Below, one piece after another: positions 37,501 to 43,303 of a DNA stretch of 58,873 bases. The stretch is taken from positions 1-58,873 of IMG/VR virus record IMGVR_UViG_3300043036_000281, one strand, 5' to 3'. The DNA is from a virus (taxonomy: Duplodnaviria; Caudoviricetes). Under the pieces are notes generated by a model, which did no database searches, was not told where the DNA came from, and saw only the letters and a program-made list of their open reading frames with translations. The translations under genes were made by a program, and so were the position numbers. Position 1 is the stretch's first letter. Every line of letters starts with the position of its first letter.

Positions 37501-39121
37501 GCGCGCGCGCCTGGCGGATGATCGCCTCCGGCTGCGCCTTGCCCATGGGAATTTCCAGCTTATCGGCCGGCTTGTCACGCAGTGCTTGTACCAGCGCAGC
37601 GTTGGCTTCCATTTCACCGGCAGCGGTACCGAGGATACGCGTCGATTCATTCAGTGCATCCCGGCGCCGTGCGTTTATCTCCTGGAGCGCTGCCAGGTCA
37701 CCGCCATTGTCAGCAGTAGGCAGCGTCATACTTTCGACTTGATCCGTCAGCGCTTTGGCCTCATCCAAGGATTTCTTGGATAGGTCCATGTAATGGTGCT
37801 GGTGGAAATCTTCCATGCCTTCGGCGACTTGAGCCATTTCATCCGGCGTCAGATCGGTATGCAGCCGGCGAGCCAGGACCGAAGCGGCACCGGCCACGCC
37901 GAGCACGTCAACGGTGCTACGATCCATCAGGCCTGCGCCCGTGGCCGCCAGCGACAGGCTATTGATCGAGTTGAACGCGCCACTGGCAACGTGGGAGCCG
38001 ATCGACTTTTCAGGCACCTTGCCGGCTTCGCTCAGGAAGTTTCGCGTGCGGATGGTGCGCAGATCGTTGACCACTTGGCTCTCTACCGCACTGTCAACAT
38101 CGGCGGCGTCTACTTCGAGCACGTAGGCCTTAGGTTCGACATTGGATTTTTCCACGCTCTTCAGCGCGTCAGAGGCTTTCTTGCGGGCTAGGTCGAGGCG
38201 CTTTTTCGCCTTCATCAGCTCGAGCGCTTTATCCGCTTCCACCAGGTGCGCTTTGAGTCGATCGGTTTTCTCTGCGTCATCCTCGCGAACACCCTGCAGC
38301 TCCTGTTTCACCAGCTTGGCCGACTGCCCGCGGTTGATCGCTGCTTTGCGTTCGCCTTCGGACATCTGCGCCTGTTTCTTTTCGCGAACCTGGCCGGCTT
38401 CCTTTTCCAATTCAGGATCAGTCAGTCCGGCCTCTTCGGCACGCGCTTTATATTCAGGGGAGAAACCCAGTCCCGTGGACGGGCCCGCAGCCTGGTCCAG
38501 GTCGGCCACTGAAATGCTGTCGGGATCATCAGGCTTGTAGGTGGCGCCGCCGATGTTCGCCTGTTGGCGCGCTTCGGAATCCATCGCCAGGCTTTGACGG
38601 TTCAGGTCGTAGGCTTCATTCGCTTTCTTCACCAGCTCGCGATGGTGCTCACGCGCCAACTTGGTCACGGCCGCCGGCGACAGATCCGCATGTTTCTCTT
38701 CGTCGAAGGCCAGATCCTTTTCATCCCAGCCCATGACCTTGGCTGTTGCTTTGACGTATTCACGCTCCTCGGCGTGTGTCTGTTCCTTGATCTCCTTGCG
38801 GACTTTGGCTTTCGATCCGGCAATGCCAGCCTCTTTATCCTTGGCCCGCTGCGCAGCCACCGCCTGCTTTTTCGCCTCGCGGTTGGTTTTCTCTTTCTCG
38901 CCGGACTCTTTCTTGTACTGCTCTTTCGACTTTACGCCGCGGAGCTTCAAGTGGTTGAGTTTGCCACCGGCACCGCCGATCACGGACGCAGAGCCGTCCG
39001 GATTCTCACGCACGAGCACGGGCGAACCCTTCTCGGCGCCTGGGGCCTTGACGGTAATCCAGCGCTCGCCTTCAGCGAGGGCCTTCAGGAAGATGAGGCG
39101 GTGCGTGATATTTTCGGTCAT
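34568..39121 (-). CDS. 1517-aa polyvalent protein with a C-terminal SNF2-type helicase
   Basis: GVGTGKT, VDEGH, SATA.P..N, TGMNIQ, QRQGRIYRTGQ; about 1000-aa helical N-region. Confidence 0.85.
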   Translation of the reverse strand: MTENITHRLIFLKALAEGERWITVKAPGAEKGSPVLVRENPDGSASVIGGAGGKLNHLKLRGVKSKEQYKKESGEKEKTNREAKKQAVAAQRAKDKEAGIAGSKAKVRKEIKEQTHAEEREYVKATAKVMGWDEKDLAFDEEKHADLSPAAVTKLAREHHRELVKKANEAYDLNRQSLAMDSEARQQANIGGATYKPDDPDSISVADLDQAAGPSTGLGFSPEYKARAEEAGLTDPELEKEAGQVREKKQAQMSEGERKAAINRGQSAKLVKQELQGVREDDAEKTDRLKAHLVEADKALELMKAKKRLDLARKKASDALKSVEKSNVEPKAYVLEVDAADVDSAVESQVVNDLRTIRTRNFLSEAGKVPEKSIGSHVASGAFNSINSLSLAATGAGLMDRSTVDVLGVAGAASVLARRLHTDLTPDEMAQVAEGMEDFHQHHYMDLSKKSLDEAKALTDQVESMTLPTADNGGDLAALQEINARRRDALNESTRILGTAAGEMEANAALVQALRDKPADKLEIPMGKAQPEAIIRQARALGLQRGDYSIDPVGGQTFLTITASGMDRLAEPVDRESMQQIRRNLDIIEGKQDEDQWLPKGFANRPDLDLKPKPGVAAKLAIPFEVGADAEQSLADYIGGRAADGDSPADIVADLQSETFMQKAGDRRDQYMQALDKLAPAQDADGKQIRNESLQSSFEKMADEFVEKRYGADLTPLHRQQFDMDQTSVDALHRALSAEPSGVAAYKPIGELDHKDQRALREYFAREVAHESPEAGEIRQKLDALVANEPEQHVTDMFGEQANNPEWLAWKSERDDLAAQHNSSSLSWGKYVKAMGSTAKAYEAAQDLIRSKIAKGFHENYNTLNPKGALKLGHTVIRNNLDHLDTVDPKARAAREAKETALRDGLRERVGGKYASGSVIDKLDQQREQQAAFEQSQLGMFSSEEMPATEQEKALGADERYTLGHAAEQKIASMMSVVGKNFKPGQALKLWQPTMSGSGAPRQRAIKLLDANKRVGLAFGVGTGKTAIGLGGFSHLHEQGKIKKGLFVVPSIVQGQFGGEALRYLEPGKFKWHAEPGASFESRLQAYKDPENSFTVVTHQSFRDDMVKLGAQHAGIPEDQMSQKLGEMSRGDRKAWIRAVMDKEGIDHQYIMVDEGHNTLNRKGKEDSGMANVIDAATDNSEYFVSATADPVKNDLSELHDAMTKLAGGNYMDRDTFMRKYGVDTAASKDSLRREMARYFYPSKIDPETGANRQEIKVQLNDQQKTELEKIDRHALALRLARMGGRVDIESAKALAPEQFAGVPEERHEAIAKALQKNIGLLKRPAVRRVINNHPDGAKFEAAVNYARERKGKPGVFFTRSLEGVAILKARLEKEGFRVATITGADSSKEKEAKRQMFNPEGGAEAQADILVASDAAATGMNIQRGQWLTAIDTPETAMTHAQRQGRIYRTGQKNDVELADLVADHPMERADRARLQTKYALRDLVTSPLEGLDDSGLAYFLKQRRDRQQEQSGSLF

Positions 39122-39127
39122 GGCCGC

Positions 39128-39143
39128 ATGGTGCGGTCACGAC
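39128..39143 (-). promoter_or_regulatory. Late-promoter-like motif, predicted leaderless
   Basis: GTCGTGAC-CG-CACCAT-6 nt-ATG(39121). Confidence 0.65.
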
Positions 39144-39148
39144 GCAGA

Positions 39149-39790
39149 TCAGCTCATCAGAACCCGGCGAACAGCTCTTATTGGGAACCAACCATTGAAG
39201 CCGGAAGCGCCAACCGCACCGCTGACCATGCTTCTCAGCGCATAGTTGAATGAATCTGAAGTGGCACAACCATAGTCCGAACTCATGAAGGCCTGGGCCC
39301 CGCCAGACTGGAACGCGGCGATCGATGATCGGGCCGGAACGCCTGACGTGTAATTAGCCGTGTTGGGTATTGAGCTGGTGTTGGCACCGGTGGTGGTGTT
39401 GTTCGCATCCGTGGTCGGCTTGAAGTTTCGGTACAGCATCTCAAGCTCATCGCTAGTCGGTAGATACCAGTCGGTGAACCCGCCAATACTCAATCCCACG
39501 CAAAACTTCTGAGAGTCAAAATTATCGATACCCGCAGCGATCATGTTGGTGCGGATCAGCATGCCGTCATTGGTCGATGCCCCGCCCGGGAACGTGCTTT
39601 CGACCTGACTATAAGGCAGGTATCCGCCTTCCCCAGCAATAGGAGAAAGGACCAGCCCGTAAGTGCTTCCACCCAAAAGGAACTGACCAGCGAAGTATCC
39701 GCCACCATAGGCGTCACCAATCGCTGGAATAGCAGGCGCGGCAGCGTCAGCATTAATTGCCCGCAGCAATAGCCTGGCCAAATTGCTCAT
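39149..39790 (-). CDS. DUF1566/Lcl-like C-type-lectin-fold protein
   Basis: GGYFAG, GFTDWYLPT.DEL, IRAVRR. Confidence 0.65.
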   Translation of the reverse strand: MSNLARLLLRAINADAAAPAIPAIGDAYGGGYFAGQFLLGGSTYGLVLSPIAGEGGYLPYSQVESTFPGGASTNDGMLIRTNMIAAGIDNFDSQKFCVGLSIGGFTDWYLPTSDELEMLYRNFKPTTDANNTTTGANTSSIPNTANYTSGVPARSSIAAFQSGGAQAFMSSDYGCATSDSFNYALRSMVSGAVGASGFNGWFPIRAVRRVLMS

Positions 39791-40272
39791 GTGTACCTAC
39801 CTTTGCCGCCTTCGATCACCGTGCCGTTTTTGGTGCTAAAAACGTACTCGACCATCTTGTTCACGGCAGGGTCAGCAACCTTCACGGCGCCCACAGTCAG
39901 CCAGGTGACAGAACCCGGCCAGGTCACCGTGCGCAGTGTTGCACCTTGCGTGATCCGCACCACGAACGAAAACACTTGTCCAGACGGCACTGGCATGTTC
40001 GAGAACGCGATCGTCGTGTTTCCGGTCAGTGTCAGCTCGAACGACGTGGCCAAGGACATGTTCAGTGTCACCGTGCCAGTAGCTGCCGAGATCGTGACCA
40101 GGTCGTCAAACCCAGACGCACGCGTAGTACCGAGCTTGGTTTTCTCCGCTGTCGTGTAATCGTTGGTCGACAAACCCTTGCCCGCAACAACCGACACCTT
40201 GTTCGCGGTCAGACTTTTTATGTCGGCCCCGATCGCCTGGGCCAGCGCAGTTATGGTGTCGATCAGGCTCAT
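39787..40272 (-). CDS. Fibre/whisker-like virion protein
   Basis: GKGLSTNDYTTAEKTKL motif; TWP..V.W C-terminal domain. Confidence 0.6.
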   Translation of the reverse strand: MSLIDTITALAQAIGADIKSLTANKVSVVAGKGLSTNDYTTAEKTKLGTTRASGFDDLVTISAATGTVTLNMSLATSFELTLTGNTTIAFSNMPVPSGQVFSFVVRITQGATLRTVTWPGSVTWLTVGAVKVADPAVNKMVEYVFSTKNGTVIEGGKGRYT

Positions 40273-40274
40273 GG

Positions 40275-40757
40275 TTACGCCTTGGCGGTGGTGTAGTCAG
40301 TGACGAAGTTATGCGCTGGATCACCCACACCAATGTTCGCGCAAGCCTGGGCCTGTTGTGGCGTAGTCAGTGTCTGCGCCGCATCAAAACGGATACGGTT
40401 TCCCATTGCCGTGGCGATGGTTGTTGCATAGTTCGGATCATTGCCCAGTGCGGTAGCCAGCTCATTGAGCGTATTCAATGTAGATGGAGAGCTTGCCACC
40501 AGTGCAGTTACGGCTGCATCGATAGCAGCTGTCGACTTCTGAGCTGACCAGGTTGTGGTGGTGCTGGTGGTGCTGGCGTCGTTGATCGCCGCTCCACCGC
40601 CGGTTCCGATCAGTGTTTTCAGCTCGTTCAGCGCCGCCACCAACGAAGATTTGGCCGTAGTGGTCAGCGTGGAAAGATCACCATCAGCCAGTCTTAACGC
40701 TTTGATGTCAGTGCCGATAGCAGTGACCAGCGATGTGATTTGCGTTTCGAGAGACAT
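40275..40757 (-). CDS. Fibre/whisker-like virion protein
   Basis: K.SLV.A.NEL, TWSA.K, P.TLNTLNELA.ALGNDPN fibre repeat. Confidence 0.65.
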   Translation of the reverse strand: MSLETQITSLVTAIGTDIKALRLADGDLSTLTTTAKSSLVAALNELKTLIGTGGGAAINDASTTSTTTTWSAQKSTAAIDAAVTALVASSPSTLNTLNELATALGNDPNYATTIATAMGNRIRFDAAQTLTTPQQAQACANIGVGDPAHNFVTDYTTAKA

Positions 40758-40762
40758 ATAAA

Positions 40763-40987
40763 TTACCCCTTGGCGAGGATGTAGTAGGCGAGCGGATCGG
40801 TAGGGAGTGAACCTGCACCGGGCAACCCTGGAGGGCCACGTAGACTAGTTTCACTGGTTTTAATGCTCAGACCGCCAATGCTCGAGGCACTGACGGAATG
40901 CAAACTGATTTTCAGCTTCGCCCCAGACACCAACATTTCGCCGACTGCTGTGATGGTGCCGCTCCGACTTGCCGTAGCAATGATCAT
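40763..40987 (-). CDS. Small protein with a short collagen-like stretch
   Basis: RGPPGLPG; ATGA-coupled. Confidence 0.55.
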   Translation of the reverse strand: MIIATASRSGTITAVGEMLVSGAKLKISLHSVSASSIGGLSIKTSETSLRGPPGLPGAGSLPTDPLAYYILAKG

Positions 40988-41295
40988 GGTGTCACCAATG
41001 ATGGCGTGTCTGACTTGATCACCTGGATCACCTCAGATGCGGTGGTGGTGACCTGTTCAGAATCGGTGGTGTAACGGATATCGAATGAATAAGTGCCGAT
41101 CTTCCAGGCGGATGTGTCGGCCCGCAGCAGAACTTTCCCAGCTGCACGGTCTGGATACTCGATATCAAACTCAGCCATGACCCCGGACACGCTACTCACG
41201 CAGGATCTGATAGACCAGTCCGTCAGGTCCTGTGGTTGCCCATCAACGGAAATTTGGAGCGGCAGCAGAAACGTATCGCCCTGTTTGATAATCAT
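40984..41295 (-). CDS. BppU-N-like Ig-fold fibre base protein
   Basis: IKQGDT, P.DLT, G.Y.FDI. Confidence 0.6.
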   Translation of the reverse strand: MIIKQGDTFLLPLQISVDGQPQDLTDWSIRSCVSSVSGVMAEFDIEYPDRAAGKVLLRADTSAWKIGTYSFDIRYTTDSEQVTTTASEVIQVIKSDTPSLVTP

Positions 41296-41333
41296 CAGTT
41301 CTCGCCCGCGTGAAACGTGAATTCTATGGACGC

Positions 41334-41349
41334 ATCATGGCGTCACGAT
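41334..41349 (-). promoter_or_regulatory. Late-promoter-like motif
   Basis: ATCGTGAC-GC-CATGAT just downstream of a terminator. Confidence 0.6.
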
Positions 41350-41359
41350 TTGCAGGCAC

Positions 41360-41387
41360 AAAAAAACCCGCGCATGGCGGGTTTTTT
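41360..41387. terminator. Intrinsic terminator
   Basis: AAAAAAACCCGC-GCATG-GCGGGTTTTTT. Confidence 0.8.
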
Positions 41388-41405
41388 ACACGACGACTTT
41401 TTCAG

Positions 41406-41726
41406 TCAGCTGATACTGGGCTTGGCAATGCCTTCACCGACGCCGATCTGTTCGCCGGTCTCAATCGCAGAGGTTTGTCGGAAGCCGTTACTGTCGCGCA
41501 TCAAGTCGGAATTTACCGTAGAGGCAAGCACCACCTTGGCATCGGCGTTGTACGCCAACTCGGCGTGCAGCTTGTCGACGCTGGCGTGATAGCCAAGGCC
41601 GTCATAGGCCGACAGCGAGCACAGGCGATATGCCACGGTCTCGGCGGCGCCGGCAAACTGGAACCCGCACATGGCAAAAGCCATCGCGCAGAACATGGAA
41701 AGACTTCGGAAAATTCGCATCGGCAT
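41406..41726 (-). CDS. Hypothetical protein with a signal-peptide-like N-terminus
   Basis: GAGG RBS; lies between HU and the terminator. Confidence 0.5.
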   Translation of the reverse strand: MPMRIFRSLSMFCAMAFAMCGFQFAGAAETVAYRLCSLSAYDGLGYHASVDKLHAELAYNADAKVVLASTVNSDLMRDSNGFRQTSAIETGEQIGVGEGIAKPSIS

Positions 41727-41799
41727 TGCCTCTGGATCGGGGGGAAGGGTTAACCGCGTGTGCGGGCTGGCCAGATCGGCATCAGTGGCGTTGGTTGAA

Positions 41800-42075
41800 T
41801 CAGCGATTCACAGCGGCCTTGAAGTCAGCGCCCGGGGCGAACTTCGGTACGATGGCAGCAGCAATCTGCAGCGCGGCGCCGGTTTGAGGGTTGCGGCCAA
41901 CACGGGCGGTGCGTTCGGTCGTCTTGAACGTGCCGAAGCCCACCAGGCGAACTTCCTGGCCGTGAGCCAATGCGTCCTGCACTTCATGCAGAATCGAATC
42001 AAGAACATCCTTTGCGACGGCCTTGGAGACGGCGGCGCGTTCTGCAACTGCGTCAATCAGATCTTGCTTATTCAT
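41800..42075 (-). CDS. HU-family nucleoid protein
   Basis: MNKQDLI..., V.LVGFGTF, R.GRNPQTG, PKF.PG. Confidence 0.95.
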   Translation of the reverse strand: MNKQDLIDAVAERAAVSKAVAKDVLDSILHEVQDALAHGQEVRLVGFGTFKTTERTARVGRNPQTGAALQIAAAIVPKFAPGADFKAAVNR

Positions 42076-42110
42076 CGAGTACTCATCCGTGCTTTTGGGT
42101 TGAAGGTGTT

Positions 42111-42231
42111 GCAGAAAGCCCTACTCGGTACCTGTCGCCCCTTGGCCCGCGGTGACCCCAAAGGGACGGAACCTAAGCCCACTGTGCGAAGCGGGGGCGA
42201 TCTCATGTTTCAGTTGTCACGAGCTTTCTGC
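42111..42231 (-). ncRNA. Candidate rod-shaped structured RNA upstream of HU
   Basis: Nested inverted repeats GCAGAAAGC/GCTTTCTGC, CTCG/CGAG, TCGCCCC/GGGGCGA. Confidence 0.4.
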
Positions 42232-42396
42232 ATCGGACAAGTATCAAGTAGGCCGGGCCCGGCTTACTGCGCAATCTAGGGGGATTCGAACCCCAGGCAT
42301 CGGTTGGCTGCGAACTTGAAGCCCCCAGGGCCAAGTGTGTATGCGCTTCCCGTTGTACAGCCTATGCCGCGCAGGCTTGATACTTGTCCGATACAG
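42228..42396 (-). ncRNA. Candidate tRNA-like RNA closed by a 21-bp stem
   Basis: Perfect 17-bp inverted repeat (42232-42248/42376-42392), inner CTGCGC/GCGCAG stem, T-arm GGGG-TTCGAAT-CCCC. Confidence 0.55.
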
Positions 42397-42419
42397 CCTG
42401 GGCGGCCAGGTTGCGTCGG

Positions 42420-42475
42420 TCCTGTCTCTCCAGGATGTATGGGCCAGAAGCTTGCCATTACCGCCATTCTCGTCA
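42420..42475 (-). repeat. RNA motif copy B: TGACGAGA...ACA-TCCTG-GAGAGA-CAGGA
   Basis: Same architecture as 42679-42725, with compensatory stem changes. Confidence 0.45.
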
Positions 42476-42507
42476 GGACAGCGTTTTAAGCTGTGCAGAG
42501 TCGAATA

Positions 42508-42584
42508 TGGTTGCGGGGGCTGGATTTGAACCAGCGACCTCAAGGTTATGAGCCTTGCGAGCTACCGGGCTGCTCTACCCCGCA
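42508..42584 (-). tRNA. tRNA-Met (CAT), initiator-type, with encoded CCA
   Basis: TGCGGGGTAGAGCAGCCCGGTAGCTCGCAAGGCTCATAACCTTGAGGTCGCTGGTTCAAATCCAGCCCCCGCAACCA; full cloverleaf. Confidence 0.95.
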
Positions 42585-42678
42585 AAAACTTTGTATTAGA
42601 TGTAGTCCCTGACCCGACGAGTGCATCAGGACGAGTGAGTCTTCAACCAGACCAAGGACCACACTGATAAAAAGTTGT

Positions 42679-42725
42679 GTCTGTCTTTCCAGACTGTCAG
42701 CGACCTCTACTTACTGATCCCGTCA
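42679..42725 (-). repeat. RNA motif copy A: TGACGGGA...ACA-GTCTG-GAAAGA-CAGAC
   Basis: Same architecture as 42420-42475. Confidence 0.45.
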
Positions 42726-42976
42726 CCCCACCGCAACAGGTCTATCAGTTTTTAAGGACGGCTCCCAGGGCGGAACACTTTATGGAAGTGACCCCGTGCC
42801 GTACTGCGTGGGATTTTCAGCCGCCCTCTCCACGCCCTGACGTCCAGCTTACCCAGCGTCTGCACAAAGCAAGGAGGGAACCTTGTGCTTCAACTAGCCC
42901 GGCTGGCCCGGGAACACACAACACCCAATCAGCGATCCCCATCGCTGGATGCACAATAGACCAACGACAACACGAA

Positions 42977-43303
42977 TTACAACCCCACATCGTTATCAAA
43001 TATCGTTATTTCTTCACCATTTTCGGCGGTTACAGTCGATCTGCCCAAATTGAACACGGCGTTTCTGCCATATTCCTCGGCCGCGGCGGTTAATGCCGCT
43101 TCCAGGGTTTCGAACGGAGGCATGGCGGCGACCACTTCGGGATCGACATAAGGCCCCAGTATTGGCATCTGGTTGCGGTCGTAGAACTTCTTCAGCAACG
43201 CCTTGATGAAGAACCAATAGACGCCGAAGTTTCGATAGCGCTTCGGGTCTTCATCCAGAAGCTTGCGCACATTCGCCGCGTATTCTTTTGCCGAGACGGT
43301 CAT
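42977..43303 (-). CDS. Hypothetical protein coupled to the DarB-like gene
   Basis: 108 aa; ATGA overlap; AGGAG RBS. Confidence 0.7.
   Translation of the reverse strand: MTVSAKEYAANVRKLLDEDPKRYRNFGVYWFFIKALLKKFYDRNQMPILGPYVDPEVVAAMPPFETLEAALTAAAEEYGRNAVFNLGRSTVTAENGEEITIFDNDVGL

Noticed and set aside
39149-39790. Lectin-fold gene as a diversity-generating retroelement target
   Set aside because: No reverse transcriptase and no template repeat of its 3' end were seen in the window.
42208-42223. TCGTGAC here (and similar cores near 7277, 31799, 40091) as late promoters
   Set aside because: They lack the A2/T6 hexamer at the fixed 2-nt spacing.
42440-42500. Hammerhead ribozyme suggested by CTGACGA on the minus strand
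   Set aside because: No stem II followed by GAAA, nor a compatible stem III/NUH, could be built.
42508-42584. tRNA as a prophage attachment site
   Set aside because: Phage genes lie on both sides, no duplicated 3' end was seen, and there is no integrase.
42244-43093. ORFs 42244..42543, 42276..42467, 42677..43093 and similar
   Set aside because: They overlap the tRNA or strong RNA stems and lack an RBS and protein-like composition.
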